Positions 12,906 through 26,857 are shown, counted from the first letter of the stretch. The stretch: 64,000 nt of DNA from Octopus sinensis (GCF_006345805.1 NC_043002.1:11656001-11720000), one strand, 5' to 3'. The notes: a model not told the origin generated them from the sequence alone. Translations and numbers: made by a program.

Positions 12906-13500
12906 TTACACATGTAACTAGGTAGGTGAGCCTGACTGTCTATATGTATGCGTGTATGCATACATGTATGTACGTATATTATATATATATATATATATAT
13001 ATATGTACTCACACATACTTATGTTGTGTATATATACCTATATGTATGTATGCATGTGTTGATATGCATATATTGGAATGCATATACATCACACACACGC
13101 ACACATACTCGCACATATATAAATATATGCTGGCCTGGTAGCGTAGGAACATGCATACGTATGCATTCATAGCACAGTGACAGACAGCGTAACAGATCCG
13201 ACACTGAGAGCGTACGTTTCTGTAGATATGCACGCACGCTCATGCACACACATGTGCATGGATGCATGCATACAGACACACACATACACACACATAAACA
13301 CACACGTATACACATGGATGTGTCTGCATATGTATGTGTGATACAAACCTCTATGCATACATATATATACAGACGTATACATGAATATGTATATATGCTT
13401 GTGTGTGTTATATACATGTATGTAAGCGTATGCATATATACATACATATATATATATACATATATACACACATATATATGTATATATATGTATATCTATG

Positions 13501-13532
<32 letters not shown>

Positions 13533-14554
13533 TATATACGTGCATGCCTATTTACATATATATGTGTATGCGTATATTTGGATGCATGTATATTTTAACA
13601 GATATAGATAAATATGTATATATATATATGTGTGTGCATATAACTTTCTCTGTGCATATATATGTGTTTAAATACATATACACGTAATTATATTCATCGA
13701 CGCACATGCCCTCCCCCCTCATGTACACACACACACACACACACACACACATGCCCCCACACACATACATGTACACTTACAACTAACACTCTTCCAAACT
13801 CACTGGCACCAACAAAAATAAACATAACCGACAATATCTCGCAAAGATGTTTTGATAGGGCTAATCCTATTTTCCTCGCTGATAAGTCGCTGACATATCT
13901 TTAGCGCTTGAGGTTTCGTTTTCAATTTAGTTTCATAAGATCATTTCATATTTAATACAGAGATAATCTATATTCTAACAGCAACAGTATAAACCAGCTC
14001 TCGTATCAATTGTATCGAGAAATGCAAGATTTCGCTATTTGAAATTCTATATTTTTGTGTCCTTCGGTATATTATTTGCCTTTTCAAAGTATCAACCGTA
14101 GATATTTTTAGTGGTTTTATTCAAAATAATCTTAGCTGTTGCCTTCCAAAAAACATACGACAAATTTCGACGTTTCCCTTAACTTGTATTGCTTTGCAAA
14201 CATACATTCATAATATGTATATATAACACAAACGTACATGTATATACATATATATACATATGTATATATATATATCTATGTATTCATGTTTTGTATACGC
14301 TATATTGAACGTATGCACGCACGCATCTAAAGAAACACACGCACAAACACAGAAATGTATATGTCTATATGTGTATATATATGTGAATACATGCATACAT
14401 ACATACATACATACATGCTTATATACATGCGAACACAAACTTACATATATACATGCACATATACATATACTGTGTTTCTGTATGCCTGTGCATGCTTACG
14501 CACATACATACACACGTGTGTGTATGTGCGTAAGCATGCACACGTGTGTGTATG

Positions 14555-14610
<56 letters not shown>

Positions 14611-15132
14611 TTATATTTACATTTATATTTCAGTGCGAATTTTTTTTTTTACCGCGCCGTTTTTACAATCCTGTAAATAGTAATAAACATATTTTTATAC
14701 AGGCTTAAACCTTATGGCGATCACCCTGAAATGACTAAGGAAAATAGTCTAATAAAGGGGCATAAAAGCCCTCGACAGAAAAGAGAAGGCGCTCCTATAC
14801 GCGTGGGATTCGAACTCATATATATATATGTACATATATATATATTTATATATATTTCAACAATTGAGGGTAAAATTAATTAATTAATCAATTTCACCAA
14901 GTATTCAGTATGCAAAGGGACCATTAAGGCGAATTCAAATTTTACATTATATAAAGGGCTTAGTAAAATAAATTACTTTGCCGCATACTGACTCATTAGA
15001 AATAGCAGCTAAAAAACTTTTTTAAAACTATTTCTAATACTTAAAGAAAACCTCTCTCATATAGTGTTTGCTCAATTCAACTCACGAAAGTATGGGGGTA
15101 AAGACATTAAAAAATCAAATGCCAAGGTTATT

Positions 15133-15184
15133 TGAGAACGTACGTTTCAAGATTAGTCAACTCGACACTTCTATCATCAGCTCA
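15133..15184 (-). ncRNA. Hammerhead ribozyme motif (family H3)
   Basis: UGAG-CUGAUGA-UAGAAGUGUCGAGUUGACUAAUCUU-GAAA-CGUACG-UU-CUCA. Stem I is UGAG/CUCA, stem III is the 8-nt palindrome ACGUACGU, triplet is GUU, stem II is imperfect. Confidence 0.55.
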
Positions 15185-15754
15185 GAACTCCTTGGTTTGG
15201 ATTTGAAAAACACTGAAAGTGGGAGCATACCCTTTCGGCGGTTCTTATCGCTTTCTGAAAGATCTCTCGAAACTAACAGTGCCAGCAAACCAACTCAAAT
15301 AGCAAGCGAAGAATTTCTGCTCTCCCCTTTTCCACCAGCGGGGTTTTTTCGTAAAATCGAGGCATTAAATAGAGAGAAAAAGCATAGTGTTACTGATTTT
15401 AACCCACGCTGGTGGAAAGGGGAGAGCAGAAATTCTTCGCTTGCATATTTGAATTCGCCTTAAATGGTCCCTTTGCATACTGAATACTTGGTGAAATTGA
15501 TTAATTAATTAATTTTACCCTCAATTGTTGAAATTATAATTCATCTCTCTCATTTAATGTCCTCGGATTTTCCGAAAAAAGCATAGTTTTTACTGATTTT
15601 AACCCACGCTGGTGGAAAGGGGAGAGCAGAAATTCTTCGCTTGCATATTTGAGTTTGCTGGCACTGTTAGTTTCGAGCAGATCTTCAGAAGCGATAAGAA
15701 GCCGAAAGGGTATGCTCCCACTTTCAGTGTTTTCAAATCCAAACCAAGGAGTTC

Positions 15755-15805
15755 TGAGCTGATGATAGAAGTGTCGAGTTGACTAATCTTAAACGTACGT
15801 TCTCA
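15755..15805 (+). ncRNA. Second H3 hammerhead copy lacking G12
   Basis: Identical to 15133-15184 except TCTTAAACG for TCTTGAAACG (mutation or assembly indel). Confidence 0.4.
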
Positions 15806-15993
15806 AATAACCTTTGCATTTGATTTTTTAATGTCTTTACCCCCATACTTTCGTGAGTTGAATTGAGCAAACACTATATGAGAGAGGTTTTCTTTAAGTA
15901 TTAGAAATAGTTTTAAAAAGTTTTTTAGCTGCTATTTCTAATGAGTTCAGTATGCGGCAAAGTAATTTATTTTACTAAGCCCTTTTATATAAT

Positions 15994-15996
15994 ATA

Positions 15997-16049
<53 letters not shown>

Positions 16050-16157
16050 TAGATATATATAGTAGATATATATAGTGTATATATATATTATATATAATAA
16101 GTATATATATATATATAGGTATATATGTATATATATATATATATATATGTATATATA

Positions 16158-16194
<37 letters not shown>

Positions 16195-16284
16195 GTACAT
16201 ATATATATGTATATATATATATATATATATGTAGGTACATATATATATGTATATATATATATATTATATATATATGTATATATG

Positions 16285-16331
<47 letters not shown>

Positions 16332-16434
16332 ATATATCTATTATCTATATATATATATGTATATATATAATATATTATGTATATATATATATATATATTA
16401 TATATATATATGTATATATATGTATATATATATG

Positions 16435-16465
<31 letters not shown>

Positions 16466-16503
16466 GTATTATAGTATATATTAGATGTATATATATATAT
16501 ATG

Positions 16504-16560
<57 letters not shown>

Positions 16561-16561
16561 G

Positions 16562-16593
<32 letters not shown>

Positions 16594-16794
16594 TATAATA
16601 TATGTATATATATATATGTATATATATTATATATATATATATAATATGTATTATATAATATATATATGTATATATATATATGTATAATATATATAATGTA
16701 TATATATATATGTATATATATATATTTATATATGTATATTATATATGTAAATGTATATGTATATATGTATATGTATATATGTATAAATATATAT

Positions 16795-16825
<31 letters not shown>

Positions 16826-16975
16826 GTATATATATATATGTATATATATATATGTTATATATATATATTATATATATGTATATATGTATATGTATATATG
16901 TATATGTATATATGTATATATATATATGTATATATATATATATACATATATATATAATATATATTATATACACAC
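15994..16975. repeat. About 1-kb (TA)n/(TATG) compound microsatellite
   Basis: Directly visible. Confidence 0.95.
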
Positions 16976-17029
16976 ATATGAATGTTCGTATGTGTCTGTG
17001 CGCGTGTGTGTTATATACATTAGGCTCGT

Positions 17030-18180
17030 TGTAGAAAGAAACCTCGTTGATAGCCATCACAAGACCTCTGAGATGGATGAGACCTATGCTTGTTTTGCGA
17101 TTGCGGGGAAGACATCTACAGAAAGAGAATTCTAGTAAGCCAGTATTCTGTGAAGGAAGGAATATTATCATTGGTTTGTACCGAGTCTGCGATGTTGGAT
17201 GGAATAATGGCGATGACAGAGGGCGAGACGAGAGTCGTGGGTTTATCAGAGATTATATCAGAAGTTGATGATAAAATGGTGAGATGAGAAGCCATGTCGG
17301 TGGACAAGAGGCTGGAGTGAGTTTCTAACCGATTTTATGCGAATCTTTTTGTATCAGTGGAGGGTCGTTGTGCAATAATAAACACATGCATTGGTTCTAC
17401 TTCACTTCGTTATTTGTATCTTTTCAAATGGTAGGCTCTTTACCTAATTAACTAATCGAGTATTTGATTCATCTTCAGTCACACATTGAGCTAGGTTTGT
17501 CATCGTTATTCGACACCGCATCAATCTCTATCCTCTCAACTCCATGTTTTCTTCAGGTTTTCTCCAGGCCTCTCTACGTCATTTGGCCGGTGTTTTTCTG
17601 GAGATATTCAATGATGCCTGTGAATGTAGCACCAACACCGTTCCTGATGAGTGAGCAGTACTACACTGTTATTCTCACATGAGTTTTGTACAAAATTATT
17701 AGTTTATAAGGGTTTAAATTATTTTCTGGGTCTGAAAAGAACTAGATTTCTCCCAATGGAGAATATTTTAGGAATTTCTGTTCGTTGCATGTGTGTTATT
17801 TTGGTCTGAGAAGCCTAGGTTGTATGGAGGTGACGTTCGATGAGGAAGGTTCTTAAAGATTGAGTATACTCCGAGTTACACTTGGGATGCTGGAGGTAAA
17901 AACATGTAGATTGTTAAAATATAAAAGGAAAAGGTGAGGGTATCGAAACTAAATGATGGGAACACCAGAGCCGAGAGAGAATGTGTGGGTCCGAGAAAAA
18001 TAGAAAAATCGCTAAAGATACGCCGTGATAATGTGATCTGAGCGGAAGCCATCGACACAAAAGACGAGGGACTTTTGGACCCCAAAGTTGAGCAGTTTTG
18101 ATCTGACAGTTCTACTTCAGAAATGACTGAAAACTTTACTAATATTAAGAATTTTGAGTATGGAGGAAACATGGCGAATT
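17030..18180 (-). pseudogene. Degenerate CR1/L2-group LINE 3' portion
   Basis: Minus-strand patches VDGFRSD..LGPT (RT domain 4 region), IILYKTHVR.TV*YCSLI..GVG and [10 protein letters not shown] (WNSLP..VFP motif), with many stops and shifts. Confidence 0.55.
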
Positions 18181-18339
18181 AAATGACTCAACAATCAATC
18201 AACCAATTAACAAACTAACCAACTAGTTGCTCAACAAATTATCTAGTCAACACGCCAGCACAGCTCAATCAATCAGCCATGAGCCAATCCTAAAACCCCT
18301 GGGTGGTCACTCGTCGTGACTGAAATAAGTACGACGAGT

Positions 18340-18860
18340 GAAATATCCATAAACAGAAACCTGAACCTTGAAAGCAGCTTCCAAGAAAGATACGCTAATC
18401 TTGTTTCTTTCAACAGGAAGAAAACAGAATCGATACTGATACGAAGAAAACACTATCGTATTCCACCATTATTACGAGCAATTCGTAACTAGAGACTTCG
18501 CAATTTGCTCTGTGTTGGGTTCTTTATTACAGAGAATGTCTCCTGGCAAAACCACATTCTTAGAATAGCTACCAGCCTATCCTAACCATTGGTTATTCTT
18601 TTCAAAACCAGAGGATATTCTCACAACAATCATTGACACTAACAAAGCCCAGATTAGAGCCACATTGGTGGATTACACTAGGCAAAAATTTTAACTCTCT
18701 TTTTTGTTACAAACACGTAAACTACTGATCCCTTTCAAATTTCTGATGCCAATTTCAGATGCGATATCTAAATGCCTCTATCATATCCAGATTTTGAGCT
18801 ACCCCAAACCTCATTTTTCATTATTTCTTACCCGCTTCTGTTACAAAAGCCGTCTATACT
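18340..18860 (+). pseudogene. Degenerate CR1/L2-group LINE 3' portion (related family)
   Basis: ANLVSFNRKKTESILI, GFFITENVSWQNHILRIA and KAQIRATL patches, typical of the post-RT region. Confidence 0.5.
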
Positions 18861-18904
18861 AGCTTCCAGTGCCACGTTTTATGCGAAACATACTTAAATA
18901 ATTA

Positions 18905-19070
18905 GTGATCAGGGATGAAGTTTTCCATTACTGTTGAGCAGTGAAACAGCTTTATGGTTAGCTTTACTAGAGTCAATGAACAGTCTTCACTTTTTGGATC
19001 ATAGCGAAAGCCAATTCTTTTCATCAGGTCACTGATATCGTGGCAGAAACAAACAATTTCCTCCTGAATG
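18905..19070 (-). pseudogene. DNA transposase fragment, Chapaev-3 (CMC)-like
   Basis: CFCHDISDLMKRIGFRYDP followed, after a frameshift, by *RLFIDSSKANHKAVSLLNSNGKLHP (WRLFIDSS..LKAVLLHNGN motif). Superfamily assignment is from memory of the motif. Confidence 0.55.
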
Positions 19071-19919
19071 TAATATGATGAAAAATTACAAATGACGATG
19101 GCGTAAATGGGAAAATTTGGTGTTTGCCTGGAGAAACTTTGTTGTTTGCCTGTAGTCAGGAACCAAGCAATTCTGCCTTTTCTTTTGGTAATTCTATATC
19201 TCATTTTTGCTTTCACTATCACTACAATGTTACGTTCAATGTTGGTTATGTCCGTGCCTCAGTAATACTCACAGCTGGTTATACTCTCAACATTTAGAAA
19301 AAGGATTTGCATTTTACCCAAAATCTAGACGTGACAGAGAAAACTTCTATAGATTTGAAATTAGCATACCGAAGTTAGTTTGGAATACCTACTTCGTCGT
19401 CTGCAACAAAATGTTTGTTGCCTAGGGTTATCAATCACACGTTTGGAACGGTGCTGCTGAAAACTATAATGTAATTAGCGACTGATTAGTATAAATTCAT
19501 TCACAGATATGCTCCGACAGAAAGGCAGTCTGCCTGTTGACCAGAGCCAATAAGCAAGCTGTCTCAGTTTTGCTTTCAATATCACTACAATGTTAGCTTC
19601 AATGCTGGTTATGCCCATGCTTCAGTAAAACTCAAAGCTGGTTATGCTCTCAACAGATTCATTCAAGTTTACCGACCTCCCTGTCTTCTTTCTTCATTAC
19701 CTTTGTTGTGTTTATCCACAAGGCTTGCGCTGATGACTGCGTTCAATTCATCCTGGATTTTCGGCCCAATTGTTTTCTTTCCTGCATGTCTTGACTTAAA
19801 AATGTTCAAGGAAATGCATTATATATACCAATCTCATTAGTCAAAGAGGACCTGCGAAGGGCATGAGCCCTACCAATTTCTCCACGCCCAATAAGTGAAA
19901 ATAATAATACATAGTCCTT

Positions 19920-20118
19920 CTTTTACTTGATTCAGTCATGCTGGAGCACCGCCTTTAGTCGAGCAAATCGACCCCAGGACTTATTCTTTGTAAGCCTAGT
20001 ACTTATTCTATCGGTCCTTTTTTGCCGACCCGCTAAGTTACGAGGACGTAAACATACCAACATCGGTTGTCAACCGATGTTGGGGGGACAAACACCGAGA
20101 CACAGACATACACATATC

Positions 20119-20153
<35 letters not shown>

Positions 20154-20161
20154 TATATATA

Positions 20162-20218
<57 letters not shown>

Positions 20219-20401
20219 GTATATGTATATATATATACGACGAGCTTCTTTCAGTTTCCGTCTACCACATCCACCCACAAGGCTTTGGTCGGTCCGATGC
20301 TATTGTAGAAGACACTTGCCCGAGGTGCCGCGCAGTGGGACTGAAACCGGAACTATGTGGTTGGTAAGCAAGCTACTTACCACATAGCCACTCCTGCGCC
20401 T
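19920..20401 (-). mobile_element. SINE family B, full length, with internal (TA)n(TG)n
   Basis: Head AGGCGCAGGAGTGGCTATGTGGTAAG, B-box-like GGTTTCAGTCCC, CORE-like domain, tail GGCGGTGCTCCAGCATGACTGAATC. Confidence 0.9.
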
Positions 20402-20716
20402 ATAGTTTAAAAAATAATTAGTTAAAAAAAAATAATTTAAACATCTCTGAACGAAACTGAAGAGATCCAACTGATAAATACAGAAGAAAAAACAAGCAAA
20501 CAAGCAAACATTTGAATTCAAATGAAACCATAAAATAAAGCAAATTCTACATAAAGTATCAACAAAAACAGCAAAAGTCCTGCTATACTACCATATCACA
20601 GTGACTACTTCAATAAAATACCTACAGTCAAACACTCAGCGAATGTCTTTTTGAGAAATTGCTTCCTAATCAGCTGCTAAAAGCCAGACAAAAACTGTAG
20701 AGACGAGGGAAAAGTA

Positions 20717-21281
20717 TTGGGTTGTCCGGAAAGTTCTTGCCGATTTATAGTAGCTTACATTTCGGCTTATTTTAGAACATGGTTGAGTCCATAAAATAGG
20801 ATGTGACTACACCTCCATTTAGAGCACAGTTTAAGCTATCTTTTCGAGGAAGAAGGTTTATGTTCCTGTAACCTGTGTTAATTCTGTAACCCTTTAAAAT
20901 GGAAGATAAGAAAGTTCATTTTCGGCACTTGATGCTTTGGGAACCAGACAAAAATTGCTGCAGCTCGGCTGGGATGTATTACCTCATCCTCCATATTCAC
21001 CAGATATTGCTCCTTCGGATTTCCAGTTATTAGGTCCCTGCAGAATAGTCTTAATGGTAAAAATTTCAATTCCTTGGATGACGTAAAAAGATACCTTGAT
21101 GAATTCTTTGCCATGAAACCACCTCAGTTCTGGGAAGAGGGTATTTTCAAGCTAAAGGAAAGATGGAGACGCATTGTGCAACAAAATGGCTCATATTTGG
21201 TTGATTAAAAATGTAATGGCAAGTATTTATTGACCTTTTTCTTTCCATTAAAAATCGGCACGAACTTTCCGGACAACCCAA
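20717..21281 (+). mobile_element. Mariner-derived MITE, second copy
   Basis: TA TSDs at 20715-16 and 21282-83, same TIRs as 6294-6859. Remnant LPHPPYSPDIAPSDFQL...ERWRRIVQQNGSYLVD. Confidence 0.92.
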
Positions 21282-21537
21282 TAGATTCCTACAATATCTT
21301 CTTTCTAATAAACACAAGAGAAGCGCTAAGGAACTGTAAAACACGAAAGCGTGAGGGTTTCAGAAAATCACATTATATAACAACATATAAGGTCCGTAGG
21401 GTCCGCAGTAATCAGAGCATCCACCAACATCTGCAAGTTCCCATACCAACATGGGAACCGCCACATACAGAGGGACACGATTTAAAGGTTTTCTGAGCGT
21501 GCTTTATTGGTTAACTGATCTATTTTGAAACAGTTCT

Positions 21538-21709
21538 GAGTGGCTGTGTGGTGAGTAGCTTGCTTACCAACCACATGATTCTGGGTTCAGTCCCACTGCG
21601 TGGCACCTTGGGCAAGTGTCTCCTACTATGGCCTCGGGCCGACCAAAGCCTTGTGAGTGGATTTGTTAGACGGAAACTGATAGAAGCTCGTCAAATATAT
21701 GTATATATA

Positions 21710-21765
<56 letters not shown>

Positions 21766-21975
21766 TGTGTCTGTGTTTGTCCCCTCAACATCTCTTGACA
21801 ACCGATGCTGGTGTGTTTACGTTCCCATAACTTAGCGGTTCGGCAAAAGAGACCGAAAGAATAAGTACTAGGCTTACAAAGAATAAGTCCTGGGGTCGAT
21901 TTGCTCAATTAAAGCGGTGCTCCAGCATGGCCGCAGTCAAATGACTGAAAAAAATAAAAGAGTAAAAGAGAGATA
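21538..21975 (+). mobile_element. SINE family B
   Basis: Homologous to 31779-32190. Confidence 0.9.
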
Positions 21976-22139
21976 AAGAGTAAAGTTACACAAGGAAAAG
22001 TATTGACGAAAAAATGATGCCACAAGCCTACAAGATCACGAGGCCAGACGTTATCCATATTTCTGAGCCCATTAGGCTCGGAATATAGAATTCATATGAG
22101 GGAAGAGATACAAGTCAAGCGCAGCGTTAATCTCTTTTG

Positions 22140-22285
22140 CACTAATTTTCAGCTTAATGTACAAGATCAATGTGAAATCAAGTGCTTTTGCTCACGGACA
22201 CATATGCACCACTCGGTCTCCGACATGCGAACCCAAGTCCTAAAGATCGTGAAACCCACAACCCTAACCATCAGGCCAAGCAAGG
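22140..22285 (-). mobile_element. Old degenerate tRNA-SINE, family C-like
   Basis: Minus strand TGGCCTGATGGTTAGGG..GGGTTCGCATGTC..GTGTCCGTGAGCAAAAGCACTT. Confidence 0.5.
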
Positions 22286-22984
22286 AGTATGTTGGTTGAA
22301 ACGTTATTCAATCAGACTTAGAACGATTCTGAAATCAATGATTAAACCAGAAATGCATTTGAATTATAATTGTACATCAGATGCACAGAAATTGTAATAT
22401 TAAATTAACTTCAATAAAACATTTAACGGAATGGAGGCGCGAACCATGGTACACCCGGCAGCTAGAAAACAAGATCTTGACCTTTGTTCTAATCATTATA
22501 ATGTTGTTATCATTAAAGTTCTAATGATAATAGCTACGAGTCATAATTGTTATCATGTACGACCTTATCTCATATTCATCTGTCCCTGCTTTAAAAGGCA
22601 AATCATTTATATACACATATACATACGCATCTAAATACATATAATTAGATAAAGACGAACATACACACACAAATTTGAGTGTGTATATGCTAGCATCAAA
22701 GTAACTGTATTTATGATACATATATATGTATATATATATATATAAGTAAATATGTAGGGTGGTGTAAATATGCATATACATGCATAAATGTATATAGACA
22801 CACAAAATATACGTTTGTATGTTCGCATATATGCATGTATATATATACATATATGTGTGTGTGTGCGCGTGCGTAGTGTGTGTACGTATTTCAATGTATG
22901 CATAAACAAAGAAAATTGTTTTCTTCTATGTATTGTTTAAATATATATACTCACTCGCATATATATATATATATATATATATAT

Positions 22985-23018
<34 letters not shown>

Positions 23019-23276
23019 GCATATAAAGACACGCACACATATATAAGCATTATTTTAATAGATATTTAGATAAGAGTCACACGTATATATGTATATGTAC
23101 GCTTGCTTAATTTATATTTGTATTTATATTTGTAGATAGATAGATAATGAGTGTATATATATATATGCATATACATACATACACATTCACACACACGCGC
23201 ATATATATACACATAAATGCATACATATACATATATTACATATATTACAATTTCCATATATGTATATATATACATG

Positions 23277-23324
<48 letters not shown>

Positions 23325-23452
23325 ATATATTATATATATGTATGTATGTATATTTATATATCTGCAAATATAATCAATGTGTGCGTCAGCGCATGTGTAT
23401 CTGTCATCTATATAGCAACTAACCATTGTCAAATTACATAACATTGTTACCA

Positions 23453-23493
<41 letters not shown>

Positions 23494-23783
23494 ATAGTAG
23501 TAGTAGCAGCAGCAGTAGTAGTTGTTGTTGTAGTAGTAGCAACAATTGAGAGCAACAGTATTAGAATTAGGAGTCGTTGTTGTGAATATTGTTGTTGTTG
23601 TTGTTTCTGCTGATAGGCTATCGATCTGAATAATCAATCTGAAAAATCTGTGAAAAAATTTCAATCAACTTCAAAAGTTCAAATTTCTCATAAGTTTATC
23701 GCTGTTATCTCGTCATAAAAGTCTTCGAGACAACAATAACGCGAGCTTTGTTATGCTGCACATCTACATATATGTATACACAC

Positions 23784-23838
<55 letters not shown>

Positions 23839-24136
23839 ATATGTATGTATGTATATGTTTACGTATGTATGTATGGGGGTATGTGTTGCGTGCATATGTA
23901 TGTGTGTGTGTATGTTTGTGTATGCTCTTGCGCTTGTCTATGAATAAATGAGTGTATTTATGTGAATACACATATACACACGCGAAATTCCCACCAAACG
24001 CGCACCACTCCTACATCCAGTCATATATTCACACACACACGTATATATAATTTCAATATTATATATATTTAAACATATATCATATATATATATATATATG
24101 TTTATATATGTATATATATATGTAAATATATATGTT

Positions 24137-24175
<39 letters not shown>

Positions 24176-24429
24176 GGGTGTGTGTGTGCGTATACATATA
24201 TATATACATATGTGGGTGTGTCTGTATATGTGTATGCTTATACATACATATAGATATATATCAATATATATATAAATACATATATAAAAAAAAAATATAT
24301 ATATATATGCACATCTGTATATATGCATCTACACACACACACGTACATATGTGTATATATATATATCCATGTGCGTGTGTGTGTGTGATTTCTTCCTTAT
24401 CGTCCAATGCCATCAGCATTTTTGTTCTT

Positions 24430-24830
24430 CGATAACACTTACCATCACAAATATTAACATCATCATAATCATCATCACCATCGCCATGGTGAGCCTTCAT
24501 CATCAGAGCTTTTAATCATCAACAGCATCATCATCATCATCACCACCACCACCACCACCACTACCACCACCACTACAACCGCTGCAGCCACCGTCAACAA
24601 CAGCAGAAGCAGCAACGGTAGCAGTATGAGTACGACAAAACCCCCGCATCATTAGCAGTATTTTCACTATTACCATCATTTCCAATACCACCGCCATCGC
24701 AACCGCCGCCGCAGCCATCACCACCACCACCACCACCACCACTTCTAACACTACCACTACTATCACCAGAACGACGATGACCACGACGACGACGACGACG
24801 ACGACCACCACCACCACCATCTATAATTCT
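24430..24830. repeat. Compound triplet repeats (CAT, CAC, CAG, GAC)
   Basis: Directly visible. It produces poly-V/poly-G ORFs with no domain signature. Confidence 0.9.
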
Positions 24831-25242
24831 CAACATGTTGTTGCTCGACCCTTTAGAAATGGCAACCAAATCTCCCTCGATTCACGCCGCTGATGTCATG
24901 CATCACAAGAGCAAACATTGGTTAATATCATCAGCGATATCTAAGCATGCGGGACCTTCACGCCTGGAGCATCACTGATCATAGATTTTGTACGTTCGGG
25001 GCTAACCCGGGGCGAATCAACAACAACAACAACAACATTGACGACGTGATATCGCCAGTCATGACCACCACTAAAAGTAGCGCTTTCGTATATCCTTCTC
25101 ATTTGTTGACCGACTCAAAATGCAGCAGCGTCAATAGGCTTAAACGACATTTTAGAAGTAGCAGTTAAGTCTGTTTCAAATTTCACGCAATTCAAAATAT
25201 AATGAAAGGCAAGTTAAATAATGCTAGATACAGCTGAATAGA

Positions 25243-25273
<31 letters not shown>

Positions 25274-25427
25274 ATAGCTAAAATGGGATGGTCGTCCTTT
25301 ATGGATCTACAGGATCAAGGCTGGCTGCAGCCAGATCTTTTAACAGCAATACCAACAACTCTGATATAACTGCATCATCCGCGATTGCTATCACCATGGC
25401 ATTGGCTCTCGATAACAAACAACAGCA

Positions 25428-25786
25428 GGAGGCGCAATGGCCCAATGGTTAGGGCAGAGGAACGCGGTCGGAGGATCTCGGTTTCGATTCCCAGACCGGG
25501 CGTTGTTTGTGTTTATTTGAGCGAAAACACCTAAAGCTCCACGAGGCTCCGGCAGGGGGTGATGGCGACCCCTGTTGTACTCTTTCGCTCCAATTTTTTC
25601 TCACTCTTTCTTCCTGTTTCCTGTCCCCGACTTCCTACGCAACCGCTGAGCCTGGATGCGCATTCATCCATCCGTCGATGCTCTCGGTGTCGGGGGTTGA
25701 CCTACTTTCTCTTCTGCAGGTCTTACGAACAGCAAAGGTCCACGTTTCGGACTTATAGGACGAAGACCGCTTCGCTCAACAAACAA
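25428..25786 (+). mobile_element. SINE family D, tail type 1
   Basis: A box TGGCCCAATGG, B box GGTTTCGATTCC, AACAAACAA repeated on both flanks (TSD-like). Confidence 0.8.
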
Positions 25787-26049
25787 AGAGCAACAGCAAC
25801 ACTACCACCGCGACTACTGCTGCCACCGCCACCCCCCCACCACTATCAACTACTACAATAGCAAAAGCAACAACAGCAGCCATCCAAGAATTTGGACCTG
25901 GAGATCTCCATTTCCAGCGACATCGAGGGCCACCTCCCAGTGGTGTTGGGCGTCAACGAAGAGCCCTCGACTACAACAAGACGACCAAAGATTTTTTTAT
26001 TTTTCCAAGGTCTGGTGTCTCCCGCCCCTAAGCCCTAGACCATCACCTA

Positions 26050-26620
26050 ATCACCCTTACCCGTCTTCTTGCTTAACAACAACAACAGGAATATTAGCAA
26101 CGGCTGTAATAACAAAAATAGTAGGTGCAGCAACAAAAGAACTGCAATGATGACAGTAACGACAACAACAACAACTATAACAAGAATAAAAACAACAACA
26201 GTTCTAACAGAAACAATAGCAATAATATAGTAACAATAGCAATAATATAGTAACACCACAAATAGCCGTAATAACACTTGCGAAATTATGAACATTAATT
26301 ATAAGAAAAAGAACAATAGAAACCACGATAGCATCATCATCATCATCAGCAGCAGCATCATCATCAACAACAGGAACAGCAGCAGTAGCAGCAACGGCAG
26401 TAGGCAGCAGCAACAACAGCAATGGTAGCAGCAGCAGCAGCAAGGACGACGATAACAACAGCGCCGACGATAAGACCAGAAATTAAGAATAGCAACAAGA
26501 TGAAAGAAGAGAAAAAGGGAACAACAAGGACAATAGGAAAAATAACAGCCACTAGGATAATAACAATAACAGCAACAGCGACAACAACAACACAGAAGCA
26601 ACAACAGGAGAAGAATTGTT
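26050..26620. repeat. Degenerate AAC/AGC/AAT triplet low-complexity region
   Basis: Directly visible. Confidence 0.85.
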
Positions 26621-26810
26621 ATGAGAGAGATTTATATCTATGTGATTTAATATGAGGGTATATGAATATGTAAAGTACGTTTCCTATAGGACAATGTATA
26701 TGTGGCTAGTTATGAATATACCACTACAATGGCATGCATATCGGCGGCATATTACATAGATAAAACATACAATCGCGAAGAACACATGCGTGTATATATA
26801 TATAGTATGT

Positions 26811-26857
<47 letters not shown>

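Larger units (their letters stand above)
14855..15993. mobile_element. Three-part inverted array of a Penelope-like pLTR unit (family H3)
   Basis: Unit on minus 14855-15377, internally deleted unit on plus 15378-15533, and unit on plus 15544-15993 lacking its last ~90 nt. Flanked by TA-rich tracts. Confidence 0.8.

Noticed and set aside
15250-15285. CTGAAGA-TCTGCTC-GAAAC-TA motif antisense to the H3 hammerhead (also 15660-15695)
   Set aside because: No stem II or stem III can be formed and the two copies disagree.
17640-17690. CTGATGA-GTGAG..CTCAC hammerhead-like motif
   Set aside because: No GAAA follows, and the sequence is the antisense of the LINE YCSLI coding patch.
25885-26000. Weak GAPDH-like patch (VVLGVNEE)
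   Set aside because: Only about 5 residues match, flanks do not align and there is no exon structure.
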